Assembly (NCBI GenBank): GCA_964187785.1
Contig: OZ076409.1
Coordinates: 97,838,001 to 97,902,000 of the forward strand
Length of the DNA: 64,000 nt
Origin: Amphiscolops sp. MND2022
Lineage: Eukaryota
Reading direction: 5' to 3'
Position 1 is the first letter of the stretch, and each line of letters opens with the position of its first letter. Under the pieces are notes generated by a model. It did no database searches. It was not told where the DNA came from and worked only from the letters and a program-made list of their open reading frames with translations. Below are positions 40,507 through 52,326 of the stretch, one piece after another. The position numbers and the translations under genes are program-made.

Positions 40507-40751
40507 AGAAAATTATTAATTATTCAACTCAATATAAAATTATCTCGCACAGCTTCGCGACAGCTAACGCACAAAATTTCACGCACAGCTCCACAGAACA
40601 GCTTCACAATCACAATCAAAATCATGGAAAAAATACAACAAATTTGCGGAAGCTATCGCGGAAGCTATCGCATAAGAAAACATTATCAAAAGATAGACAA
40701 GAATTTATAAATAACATTTCCGCTAGTGGATTCAAACAATTTAATCTATAA
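40503..40751 (+). CDS. Small basic Polinton protein (putative core/DNA-binding)
   Basis: 82-aa ORF with an ATAAATG start, tightly packed between protease and penton. Confidence 0.5.
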   Translation: MKKIINYSTQYKIISHSFATANAQNFTHSSTEQLHNHNQNHGKNTTNLRKLSRKLSHKKTLSKDRQEFINNISASGFKQFNL

Positions 40752-40754
40752 TAA

Positions 40755-41815
40755 ATGGATCTATCCACCTTCGTAACATATGATAAAAAAGAATCTCTTC
40801 TTTTAAGTATTGCAAAATCTAATCAAGAAATTGTAGAAAATACTCATTCTAAACCACAAGAAACTCTAGAATTTAAAATGAATAAACAAAAAGAATCTTT
40901 CTCATTTGATGTTCCTCTCATTTTAAATGAAAAATGGATGATGGGAGTAACAAGTTTAGAAGTGTACAATACAGTTTATAATATCACTAACAGCAATAAC
41001 AAACTACAGATTATTCTAAATGATCGACAACTCGATGCACTTGAGTTTGACACAGGAGTGGTGCCAAATACAAAAAAACTATTTGAAACTTATGATTTAG
41101 AAAATAATAAACTTTACTATGAATTCATAGAAAAAGCTAATAAATTAAAGCTTACTAGATATAAAAAAAAGAAGAAACTTCCGAAAAAAGATTTTGACTA
41201 TTTAAAGCAAATGAAGAGCAACATTCCTTAACTATTCCAAACTTTGAAATTGAGAATGAGTTTATTGATATAATTTTAGTTCCAGGTGTATGCGAACTGA
41301 TTGAAATAAATAATACCATAAAACAAATAATTACTGATTCAGGTTATGAATTAGATGATAAGTCAAAATTCAAAAAAGATCTTACAGTTTTTAGTATTGA
41401 ATTCAACATAATACCCGACACAATATCGATGAAATCAGTTTTAACAACCTCAAACCCTATTCATTTTAACTCCAAACTTAACAAAGTCCTGGGTTTTACA
41501 CAACGTGATTACCCATCCGGAACTCACACTTCAGAAAAACCAGTCATGATAACAACCACCGATAAAGTTCATCTGAAGTGCGACTGTGTAGATGGTTCAA
41601 TTGTTAATGGTATACGAGAACAAAGTTTATTTTCTTTCAATTTAAGCGCACCTCCCGGATATAAAATTATAAAAGAACCCACAAATGTTTTGTACAAATC
41701 AATTAACAAAACACGACTGGACACCATTCAGTTTTTCCTTGAGGACTCTAATCATGATTCAGTTGATTTCAACGGGGAGACACTCACCTTCACAATTCAA
41801 ATTATCAAAATATGA
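40755..41815 (+). pseudogene. Minor capsid protein (penton), frameshifted near ~41220
   Basis: N-part FSFDVPLIL..WMMGVTSLEVYN and C-part VHLKCDCVDGSIVNG..LFSF..PPGYKI..EP..Y..I..I.F.LED..VDFNGE..FTIQI, in different frames. Confidence 0.8.
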
Positions 41816-41848
41816 CGTTGGGAAAAAATGAAAATTTTTTTCTAATAA

Positions 41849-42313
41849 ATGAGTTATAATAAATTTATAAATAATTCATATTGTGTTGGTGGAAAACATT
41901 ATTCTCCCACCACAAATAATTATGGAGATAATACAAACACTGGGATACAGATGGGCAGGCCCGTAAAAATATTACGTGGCAACTGCATGATATGTAACAG
42001 AAATAAGAGTCTAATTGTATCTGACCGAACAGTAGATGCGGAAGGATTGGGAGACTTTTTCAAACATTTAGGTTCTGCAGCCAAAAATGTTGGAAAGAAA
42101 ATACTCAATAACCCAGGCCGTGCACTAGAAATAGCAGCAAATATTGGAACTGCAGCAGCAAGTAAAAATCCTCGGATGATAGCCGCAACAGCCCCCGACA
42201 GTATTAAATTTGTTCATCAAGGGAAGGGTCTATACAAAGCTGAAGGTTTTTCGAGTAAAGGCAGAAAAGCAAGAACTAATAGTAAAGGCCTGTATCTGGG
42301 GAAAATCCACTAG
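41849..42313 (+). CDS. Polinton small protein: Zn-ribbon-like N-terminus plus amphipathic helix
   Basis: YCVGG...GNCMICNRNKS followed by AEG-LGDFFKHLGSAAKNVGKKIL. Confidence 0.7.
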   Translation: MSYNKFINNSYCVGGKHYSPTTNNYGDNTNTGIQMGRPVKILRGNCMICNRNKSLIVSDRTVDAEGLGDFFKHLGSAAKNVGKKILNNPGRALEIAANIGTAAASKNPRMIAATAPDSIKFVHQGKGLYKAEGFSSKGRKARTNSKGLYLGKIH

Positions 42314-42339
42314 TTATATGCATTAATTATACTTAATAA

Positions 42340-43368
42340 ATGTATTCAATTCACACCCGAGATGACTTGGAAAAATTAAAAAAATTACAAGAAACAAAAT
42401 CTTTAGTACACAAAGAAAGATTAAAAGAGAAACTAGGGAAGCAAGACTTTCATTATGACCTTGAAGAAGTTTTTGAACCTGTTACTACAAAGCAGGTGGA
42501 ATCAAATGAAAAACAACTACAAGCCATTGAAAATCAGACAAGAGCAAAAGAACACAATAATAATACTCTTCAAAATTCTATTAAAGAAGGAATAAAACAA
42601 TATAATGAAATTACAAATCATAACAATCAGCTTCTTACAAGTCTTGTTAATTCCAACCAGGTTGATTCTAGTATTGTAAAAACAGTTTCTAATTTACTTA
42701 ACGACAAAAACAAAAGTCAATTTAGTTTAGAACTCATAGAAGGTTATCCACACAGCTCCACAAATTTATTCACAATTAATCCCCATAACCCACAACAAGT
42801 ACTAATCAAAGGTTCAACAATGACTTTCGAGAATGGGAATTCATACAATTTAAATGACCCAGATCTTCAATATTTTATAACTAATACACAATTTGACAAA
42901 CAAATAAATAACTGGGACTCAATTTATAACTTCTTAAATGATATGAAATATGATCTAAATTATGGAGATAAAAAATCAATCAGATATCAATTTATTAAAG
43001 AATTATACTCTCGCTATCAATTGCAGGGCTACACGCAAGGCTTCGCGGGGAGCTCTGCACAGGACTACACACAAGCACATGATTTGCAGGGCTTCGCGGG
43101 GAGCTCTGCACAGGGCCAATCACAGGGCTTCACAGGAAGTGGATTAAATGGTGAATATTCGCGAAGTTCCACACAACAGTACATTTTCCTCCCATCTGAC
43201 CCAGACGAATTAGTGGATCAATTGAAACTACTTTATTTTGAAAAAGTTGGAGGAAATGATAGTTTTTTGATTAATGAACAAATTATTGCAATTATAGACA
43301 AGTTATTGGAGTATGAATGCATATCACCTTCTCAACACCAAAATATACAAAGCAACTTGATCTCCTAA
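42340..43368 (+). CDS. Conserved Polinton protein (coiled-coil N-term, C-terminal DPxEL...GN motif)
   Basis: 342-aa ORF with C-term FLPSDPDELVDQLKLL..EKVGGN; homologue at 63194. Confidence 0.75.
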   Translation: MYSIHTRDDLEKLKKLQETKSLVHKERLKEKLGKQDFHYDLEEVFEPVTTKQVESNEKQLQAIENQTRAKEHNNNTLQNSIKEGIKQYNEITNHNNQLLTSLVNSNQVDSSIVKTVSNLLNDKNKSQFSLELIEGYPHSSTNLFTINPHNPQQVLIKGSTMTFENGNSYNLNDPDLQYFITNTQFDKQINNWDSIYNFLNDMKYDLNYGDKKSIRYQFIKELYSRYQLQGYTQGFAGSSAQDYTQAHDLQGFAGSSAQGQSQGFTGSGLNGEYSRSSTQQYIFLPSDPDELVDQLKLLYFEKVGGNDSFLINEQIIAIIDKLLEYECISPSQHQNIQSNLIS

Positions 43369-43384
43369 TCTCCTCACGAAGTCC

Positions 43385-44469
43385 CTAATTACTTAAAGGA
43401 TCAGTTTGTGGATTAAAGATCTTGTAATTTGGATTAGATTCATTACAAATCCTGTACCTACTCCCATTTTTATCTTCCAATCTGTTTATTAAAAGGTAGT
43501 TGAATTTTTCGTTCCATGCTTCTCTACACAAACTTTTGAATTCCTCATAAGACATATCAAAACCTGATATGTCCCTATGAATATGTTCTACATCTTTCAG
43601 TGTTTGTTGAAATAAAATTATCATACTCGAATTGTTCCTAACTGTCTTTTTTGGTGCATCAAAATAACTCTGACATAAATAATAAACATCACAAGATTTG
43701 TGTCTTCCCCTAGTAAAAAATGGATCAATCAATTTCTGGTTGGAGTCTAACATATCATCAAATACTACACAACACCACCTATACTCTTCCAAATCCCCCA
43801 CATTTTCTTCCACTTCAATATCTCCTAGTTCTAAATCTAGTTTCAGCTTGCTCCCCACATCCTCATATTGTTCCGGACTCCTTGTAATGATACGAATTTG
43901 TTTCTCTGGATCTTCCAAACGAATCAATCGTAATTTATTCAACAACAAATGAGTCTTACCACAAAATGATGGCCCAACTATTAATGTTCTATTAGTTTCG
44001 TTCACACCACTATTAGCATTAGCTCCCGCATTATCATCATTAGCGATAGCTTTCGCGATAGCTTTCGCGTAAGCTTCCGCATTATTATTATTATTGTGTG
44101 AAGACACACCTCGTGGTAACTCTCGCTGTAGCTCTCGTGATAGCTGTCGCGATAGCTGTCGCGGAAGCAAATCACCCCCAGTAGGCTGATTATAGTGCTG
44201 ATTATAATTATAGTGTTGATTATAGTGTTCTTTATAGTGTTGCTTCTTGACGTGTGACCTTAAATAACTCTTATTTAAATCCTTATTACAAAATTCACAC
44301 CTCACCTTTTTATTAAAACACACTCTGCATGAAGAGTACGTTTTACCATTTTTGTATGAATAAAAAGTATTACAATTATTCATAATATTACATTCCTTAC
44401 ATCTTTTTTATCACTACAATCATCACACAAACTTTTTTCACTACTTTTATTACAAATTAAGCAATTCAT
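43385..44469 (-). CDS. A32/FtsK-like packaging ATPase 1 with N-terminal Zn fingers (probable frameshift ~44405)
   Basis: Walker A GPSFCGKT, Walker B VVFDD and TRGRH..CQSYF. C2H2 finger CEFC..H..H. An upstream ATAAATG start at 44469 (MNCLIC..CDDC) is out of frame at an A-run. Confidence 0.85.
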
Positions 44470-44762
44470 TTATTTAGTAAAAAAATCACTAAATTCCTCT
44501 AATAATCACTATGTAATCACTAAATTTCACTAAGCCAAATTCACTAAATCCCTCTAAGGTTTCACTAAATTCCTCTAAGAGTATTTATTTCTCTAAGATT
44601 AGAGATTATAGTGAAATTTAGTGAAAATAAATGATCTTAGTGAAACCTTCGTGATTTAGTGAGAAATTTAGAGATTCTTAGAGATCACTAAATTCCTCTA
44701 AGAATCACTAAATTTCTCTAAACTTCTCTAAGAATCACTATATTTTTTTTGTTAATTTCTCG

Positions 44763-45983
44763 TTAACTACTCAGTTTATTTTTAGTAAATCTTTTTGCCT
44801 GATCATAAATTAAATTTTTAAAGTCCTCTTTAACTGAATCACTAATTAGTGGTTTTTGCATACGCTCAACGTAGTTTTCTATTTTGGATTCATTTACTTT
44901 AATATTATTTTGTTTGCGATATGCTACATAATAATAAGCTATGTTGAGTGGTGTTATTTCAATTGTCTGGTCGGACATTTCCTCTGAGAAAATTTTGAGT
45001 TTGTTGTATTCATCACCAGTGAAAAAGTAACTTTCATAAGCAACGAGTTGTTCTGGGCGCCATTTACTTCGTTTGCTCGAATCATAAATTAAGTTGTACT
45101 TGTCGTTTAGTATCTTAAATTTCTGACTCCTTATGTCCAGTTCAATTATGCCATATTCTAACTGATCCCGGTAGTATTTCCAATTAAGTTCTTTGATTGT
45201 GGAAGCTATTGCATAAGTTTGTCCAATCGACTCGAAGAAATTATCTGGGTTATTAATTGTTAAGTATATTTTGAAGCAATTTTCACTCACGATTGGAAGA
45301 ACATCCTTTGCATAGTGAGCAAGGTATATCACTTGAATCCCCAAGTGTCTACCAAATCGGAAAAGGTCTTCTACTTTCAATCTAAGGTTCTTGTATGCAC
45401 CTGCATCATCCAGTACAACAATTTTATTAGCAAGTGATTCAATACTAACTTTCTCCAACTGCAGTAGTGGTACAAAATTTTGAGAGGGAAACTCACGTTC
45501 ATCTCTCCCAAATACTAAATAACTGCGGGGGCTATCACAGGACTTGTCGTGGGGACGTTGTGCCAAATAATGCTTTAAAAAACTTGTCTTCCCAGAGCCA
45601 CTACTGCCATAGATTATGAAATGCGCGTTGCAATGAGAATTGTTATGTGAGTTGTTGTGCGTAGCTTCGCGTGTATCCTGGGGGGCTTCGCGTTCCTGGT
45701 TTGTCAGATGAGAGTATTTGAACCCTGCAAATTGTAGTAGTTTTTTATAAATTGTTTTAAACTGCCTAGGGCGAATATAATTCCAATATATTACAACAAT
45801 AATACCTATAAATAAAATTAAACATACAATAAACATAGGATTTGTGATTACTTTATAAATTCGTGTTTTCTGATACCAATTGGCCGCGCCAACTCACGCG
45901 CCGCCTCCCGCGCTAGTTTTCGCGCCGGCTCCTTCACCTTGATAATTATTTCTATAGCTCTGCAAGCAATAATCATTATTCAT
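44763..45983 (-). CDS. A32/FtsK-like ATPase 2 with transmembrane anchor (premature TGA in the N-terminal extension)
   Basis: GSSGSGKT, VVLDD and RFGRH..IYLAH, with hydrophobic FIVCLILFIGIIVVIYW. The ATG at 45983 is in frame 147 nt upstream of 45836, with a single TGA between. Confidence 0.8.
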
Positions 45984-46017
45984 TTATTTATAAAAAATTG
46001 TTATAAAACTATAATAA

Positions 46018-46932
46018 ATGAATCAAAATGCAGGGCTTCGCGCGGAGCTTCACAAAGAGCAGATTGCTAAAGAAATATTCTCTCCTGTAATCAAGAAGTT
46101 TCAAAGAATTCAAATACAAACTCACTATAAAGATGAATGTTGGAGTATCGATTTAATTGATCGCTCAAACTTAAGCAAATACAACAAAAACTACAAGTTT
46201 ATTTTCACAATAATTGACAATCATACCAAATATGCATGGGCGATTCCCCTCAAAGATAAATCAGGAAAAAGTACAACAACTGCAATAAAAAGTCTCATTG
46301 AAAAAGAGAAGAGAAAACCACACAAAATATGGAGTGATAGAGGTAAAGAGTTTTACAACACAACATTATTACACTATTTAAAAGAGCAAAACATTCAAAT
46401 TTATTCAACTAATTCAGATTTGAAGGCTGTTTTTGTTGAACGTTTCAATAGAACACTTCTGGACTTAATCAAAGAACCAATGTATATTGAGGGTAAAAGT
46501 AACTGGTTGAATCACCTTGATGCTGCTTTGGATAAGTATAATAATAGGGTGCATGGTACAACAAAAATGACACCTTTTGAAGCGAATAAAAAACCAATCG
46601 ATCCACCTACCTTTGTTAATAAACCGAAACAACCGCGCGATAGCTACCGCAGCTTCGCGCAAATCTTCGCCAAATTCCAAGTGGGGGATTTTGTAAGAGT
46701 TCCTGACAAAAGGAACATTTATTCAAAAGGTTATACAACAAATTGGAATAGAGAACTTTTTAAAATACACAGCATCAACAAAACAAACCCAGTAACATAC
46801 ACTCTAAATGATGAAAACGGAGAAATTATTCAAGGAAAAAACTATGAACAAGAACTTTTAAGAAGCATATTCGACTTTGACTCTAACAACAAAACGTTAG
46901 AAAGTATGAATATTTTCCACAGGACTGAGTAA
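46018..46932 (+). CDS. Retroviral-like (rve) DDE integrase
   Basis: WSIDLID, IIDNHTKYAWAIPLK, WSDRGKEF and VERFNRTL; intact ORF; no C-terminal chromodomain seen. Confidence 0.95.
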   Translation: MNQNAGLRAELHKEQIAKEIFSPVIKKFQRIQIQTHYKDECWSIDLIDRSNLSKYNKNYKFIFTIIDNHTKYAWAIPLKDKSGKSTTTAIKSLIEKEKRKPHKIWSDRGKEFYNTTLLHYLKEQNIQIYSTNSDLKAVFVERFNRTLLDLIKEPMYIEGKSNWLNHLDAALDKYNNRVHGTTKMTPFEANKKPIDPPTFVNKPKQPRDSYRSFAQIFAKFQVGDFVRVPDKRNIYSKGYTTNWNRELFKIHSINKTNPVTYTLNDENGEIIQGKNYEQELLRSIFDFDSNNKTLESMNIFHRTE

Positions 46933-46980
46933 TTTTCGACGTAGTTTCGCGGAGCTTTCGCAATATTTTATTTATTATAA

Positions 46981-48216
46981 ATGAACACAGATATGTTTTC
47001 ATTAAAAAATAAATACACTCTTGAAAAACCTATTCATAAAATTGATTTCATAAAGTATAGTCCAAGTAGTTTGGCGACAATTAACAATACTAACTCGAAT
47101 ACTACAATTAGTTTCCCAAGAGAAGATGCATACATATGTTTACAAAATAGTTTCATAAGTCTAGAATTTGAAGTACTTAAAAACAATAATACAAGATTTG
47201 CTGATGGTGATGAAATTGGATTGGTTAACTTTGGGCCAATCTCTCTGTTTAGTGAAGCCAAATTAACAACTTCTAGTGGGAAGCACCTGGAAAAAGTTGA
47301 CAATTTGCACTTGATTTCTTTAATGTATAAACTTCTGACAAGCACTAGTCAAACTTCCCAGTTATTGTATGGGCTTGAAGAAGATACTACTATAAGAAGA
47401 CAAGAACTAACAAACAACAAAAATGAGAAAGGAACCTTTTTTGTGAGAATAAAACTAAAAGACTTGTTTGGATTTGCTGATCAAGAAAAAATAACTTATG
47501 GGTTGGGCTACACTCTTACACTCAAACGGAACACTAACAATGACGCCATTTTAAGAAGTGTTGGAGTGGATGCTGCAAAAGTGGTTATTAAAGACATTGG
47601 TTGGTATATCCCACACTATGTTCCCAGTATCGAAAACCAACAACTTGTCATGGACCAAATTCTAAATAAAGATCCAACCGAATTGAGTTACACGGAACGA
47701 ATTATTTTTAGAAAAGATGTTAACACGAATTCGAATTGGACATTTGAGTTAGGATCTGCGAGAACATCGACTCCAACTTTTGTGATTGTTGGATTTCAAG
47801 CTAGAAATAAAATTGATTCTCAGGTTCATGATAATGCAGTGTTTGACCGGTTGCCAATTAGTAATGCTGTTTGTAAAATAAGATCAGAAAAATATCCCGA
47901 TGATGGGATTGAATGTGATTACGACCGCGACAAATATGATCAAGCATATAGTGAAATTGAAAACTTTTATCACTTGAATAGTGAAACTAACTTACTCAAT
48001 CCATTTATTGATTTGAACAAATTCAGAACAAATTATAATTTTTATGTATTTGACCTCAGCAAACAAAAGGATATCATTGCGAGTCAGCCAATCCGTTTAG
48101 AATTTAAATTTAATGCTGCCATTGATGTAGCAGATTATATAGCTTATGCACTTGTATTAACCCCAAAACTAATAAGTATTAGTAGTGATGGGCAAAGGCA
48201 TTTTGACCTCATTTGA
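46981..48216 (+). CDS. Major capsid protein (double jelly-roll)
   Basis: Intact 411-aa beta-rich ORF with Polinton MCP-type motifs (LFSEAKL, PTFVIVGFQ, KYP, YVFDLSKQ). Confidence 0.82.
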   Translation: MNTDMFSLKNKYTLEKPIHKIDFIKYSPSSLATINNTNSNTTISFPREDAYICLQNSFISLEFEVLKNNNTRFADGDEIGLVNFGPISLFSEAKLTTSSGKHLEKVDNLHLISLMYKLLTSTSQTSQLLYGLEEDTTIRRQELTNNKNEKGTFFVRIKLKDLFGFADQEKITYGLGYTLTLKRNTNNDAILRSVGVDAAKVVIKDIGWYIPHYVPSIENQQLVMDQILNKDPTELSYTERIIFRKDVNTNSNWTFELGSARTSTPTFVIVGFQARNKIDSQVHDNAVFDRLPISNAVCKIRSEKYPDDGIECDYDRDKYDQAYSEIENFYHLNSETNLLNPFIDLNKFRTNYNFYVFDLSKQKDIIASQPIRLEFKFNAAIDVADYIAYALVLTPKLISISSDGQRHFDLI

Positions 48217-48374
48217 TTTGATATGAGAGGAATGATGAATCATAGATTAATAATTATAAATGATAATAAATGATAATGCTAATAAATGATATTTCTAATT
48301 ATAAAAGATGTGTGCGAAAGCTATCGCGAAGCTACGCGTCACGCCAGTTATCACGCCAGTTATCACGATAGTAA

Positions 48375-51300
48375 TCACAATAAATGGGCCCGATCACTTA
48401 TCAGATTTAAAAGCTGTTGGTGATTCAATTTTTCTTTCAGAGTCCAAATGTTATAGTATATTTCTTCATCCCGAAATGGCTTGCCATCCCTTGTGCTCAG
48501 TTCGGTGTAATACAAACCAACTAATTTTATACAAAGTATACAAGGACAATCACCTTTTTGTGTGTGTTTATCCCATGATAAACTTTGTATTGGATTCAAG
48601 TACATACGCTTGTCATCAAAAGGATTCAAAGCTAGCTTATCTTGTTTCTGAACAGTTAAGTTGTGAGCATTACTTCTAATAGAATAATTAGTTGCAGTTG
48701 TTGTTTCAGAGTTAAATAATGAATTTATAAATTGTGAATAAATTGGTGTATGTTGTATTCCTTTTTGTTTTGACTTTTGCGTTAGCTTTTGTGCTGAGCC
48801 ATAGCTAAAAGAATATGATTTAGATCTCAAAGCTACGAAGTTGTCTAATTCAATAATTGGTGATGTTTCTATTTTCATTTTACCTATAACTTTCTTGTTG
48901 ATTGAGTTGTACAACTCATGACTTGGGTCGAGCTCGCTGAAATCAAAATCATCTTTGAAGTATTCCAAATCCTTTATAAGGTCTCCAGTTTTAATACTTA
49001 GAATGAATGAGTCTGTATCCATGTAATGCAGTTTAATTTTATTGTTATAATATGGTTGTAATTTGTGATAATAAAACTCATACATTAACAATTTACTCAG
49101 TTCTAACACACTAAACCCCAAGTATATTGGTTTATCAAAAATTACTTTTTCCTTATCAAACTTGTAAACACTGATTTCGGAGTAATGATTAGTATTTCCT
49201 TTGAAGCTTAACAACGATTGTCTTTTTATTATTTGATCAATATTGGTGTGAGGGATAAACTCTAAATTAGTCCGGTCTCCAACATTTTCCATAGTCTTAC
49301 CAAAGAAAGCGTTGTTCATTAATTTGTAGAGGTCCTTCTCAAAGTTTGTTTTTGCTTTGGTGCGTTTTTGTGTGTTATGATTAATGTATTTTTCTAACCA
49401 AAGTGATTGTTTGAACCGGTAGATTGTGTGAATCTTTGTTACTTTCATCCCGATCTGGGTGTAAAACTTGAACATCCTGTAGTGCATCATAAAATTATAT
49501 TTATTTGTTAGGTCACACATAAGTTTCTCGGTTGGTTTGTAGTTGGATTGTTTCACACTGTTCATGTATTCTGAGAAAAGATTTGGATCGGCTTTTGTTT
49601 GATAAGGACAAAGTGGAAAGTTTTCGGTTTTTTCTTTAATTTCTGCTGGATATTCTAAATCACATTCTATAAAGTATCCAAATTCATTGTCATCTGGTGT
49701 ATTCAAAATGTCTTCTGTAATTTCATTCATCAGTGCAGAATCAGATTCGTGACAGTTCTGCGCGAAGCTACGCATCTTTTTAAAGTCTCCAGTAGGAAGG
49801 TATTGACTCATTGCCCATCCATACAAGTTATTTGCATCAATGTACAGTATTTAGTATTTTCATTTGACTCAATGAATCTGGGTCCCATAACACTTGAAAT
49901 TCCTCCACGTATATTGTTTTCTAAAAGTAATAATATTTTCTTTACATTTTATATAATCTAATTTAATTTTAGTAAGTTTTAAACCAGCTTTCCATGTATA
50001 ACCAGGTAAAGAGTAACTGTACAAAGGATTGATGCCGTATTCAAGTGTAGACTTCTCAACAAAGTTTTCGAACACGTCAGTGAGTTGTAGTACATCCATT
50101 TTTAAGTACAATTCTGTTAGTTCTTGTGCTGTTGTAATGTTGTAAGTGTCAATCAATTGTTGGGTTCTTTTTATATCATCCTCACATGGGTGAGATTGTG
50201 TTAATGTTGACCAATAGTCCTCTTTTGTTAGATTTAGTGGTTCATGCAGGTTGTTAAGATTGAATTTTTCGTATGGATAAGTGGATAAACTAGTTTCTAC
50301 TTAAATAAATCATCAGTTAGGCCCTCATTTTGCATATAAGGAAAATCATTTAATGATGTTATAAGTTTTTGTAGACTACTACTCAAAAATCTGTATGAAT
50401 CTAAAAACCTTAAACAACCTACTTGCACACTTACATAATTTTCCATTGACTTTGGTATAATATTCATTGGTAACTTTAGATTATAAGCTGATGTTAAGAG
50501 TTCTTCAAAAATTACGACAATCATATGTCAAAATTATGACAATCATAACCACTGAAATTATGGAAAAATATAGGAACAAACGAACTTGACTTTTTTTACA
50601 ATTTAAATTACATTTGTTGTGGGCTGCTCCTCGGTACTTGCCTGTAAGATGATCATGATCTCGAACGTTATCCTCACCGTCTAACTTTCGTTCGCAAAGC
50701 CAACACACTTTGGATTGTTGAAATGATTGGTGTTCTTCAGGAGTTATTTCAAGAGGCAAATTTGTTTCAAAATAGTTACTAGCAATGTTTTCTAGAGTCA
50801 ACATTTCATTTACAAACCATGTTACACACGATTCACCAAAGTATGAGCTGTAATTATTACCAAATGGTGAAATTATATAAAATCCTACTGCAATTGGAAT
50901 TTGTTTAAATAATACTTTGGGGTCGTCTGTTGGTCGATTAATGCATTCAAAATCTGCATATACTCTTATTGGTATGGGAACTTTCATATGATAATCTTCG
51001 AACTTTAAGTGATCCTTCCAACTGAATGTGATATTAGTTGGTTGTTGTTTTTGACAACGGTCAATGTGTTGACTGAGAATATCCTCAGAACTAAATGCAG
51101 TTAGGCATCTTCTACACACCCATTTCATGTGCGAATCCTTATTTATTAGACAATGCAATTTTGTTATTAAGCAATAGTGATTTTGATATAATAATAAATC
51201 TATTTGTGGTTGATCATAGTTTGTGTTGATATGGATTGGTGTTAAAACTGTTTTTGTGAGTTCAAATACATTTACGTTTAAATTATTTAAGTTTTCGAAC

Positions 51301-52214
51301 TTGGGAATATCTTTAATTTTCATGGGGAATTCTAAACCATTTAAAATGAGTTTGTTCGTGTGCATTGAATAATTTGATGTTCTATTTTTATGATCCTCAA
51401 CGGGAAAAAGGTGTGCTAGGATGCACCACAAAAAGCAAAATTGATCATCATTTTTTATATTTATAATTGATTTATTATTCTTATATTTTTCTGGCAGCTC
51501 AACCCATGAAGAAGCTTGAATATCATTGACTTTATAAATTTCTAATATAACATTGACAATACCGTTTAACACAAAACCTGATCCTTCTAATTGTTCATCA
51601 TCTAATTTCTGCATTAATATGTTGTGAATATTTGGGTTTGTGCCGAAGGCAATCTGCGTGTGATTGTAAATAAAATCTGATTTAACCCATTTGTGAAATA
51701 CAATTTCTTCTCCACTAACTATTTTTGAAAACTTAGCTAAATAACTCAATTGGAACTTGTATCGGGGAAAGTAATTTTTATTTAGTAAATCATTAATCTG
51801 TTCTTCAAGATGATTTGTTGGATTTACTCTCAGTTTAATGTATGTTTTTTCATTCACAATTATTTCTACGTTAGTTCCTACGTTAGTTCCAGAATCATGT
51901 AGTGTATTACCAAATTCGTTTTTTGTAGCATTGTTTTGACTTCTTAACGTGTGAATTTCACTTTGGAAATGTCTTGAATTACTTATATATTTGCCACAAT
52001 CTTCACACCAAATTTGTGTAGCTTCGCGTTGTTGTTTGGTTTTGTTTTTATGTTCATCTGAATTTAGATGATTAGACTTGTCAGACAATGGCATAAATGT
52101 ATTACATTTTTTACAATAATATTGATTTACTTTTTGTAAATGTTTTATTGATTTTAGATGATCGGACTTGTAAGCTTTTTTATAATCAGAATTACAAATA
52201 CTGCAGTTCTCCAT
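48375..52214 (-). pseudogene. Protein-primed family B DNA polymerase (pPolB), several frameshifts
   Basis: VYADFE, FHNFSGYD, YLKMDV, RGGIS, DANNLYGWAM, KLMNNAFFGK and YMDTDS; EndoVII-like DHDHLTGKYRGAAH..CN; N-terminal C2H2 fingers. Confidence 0.95.
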
Positions 52215-52326
52215 TTATTTATAATAAATTTATGAATTTAATGGCAGCATATTTTTCAATAGTATATTTTTCAATTATTAGTGTTAATTTTTATTTTATT
52301 TTTTATGTTAAAATTGAATAAATTAA

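Noticed and set aside
43698..48679. Antisense ORFs in the Polinton (43698, 46465, 47034, 48308)
   Set aside because: Shadows of real genes on the opposite strand, with no motifs and no ATAAATG starts.
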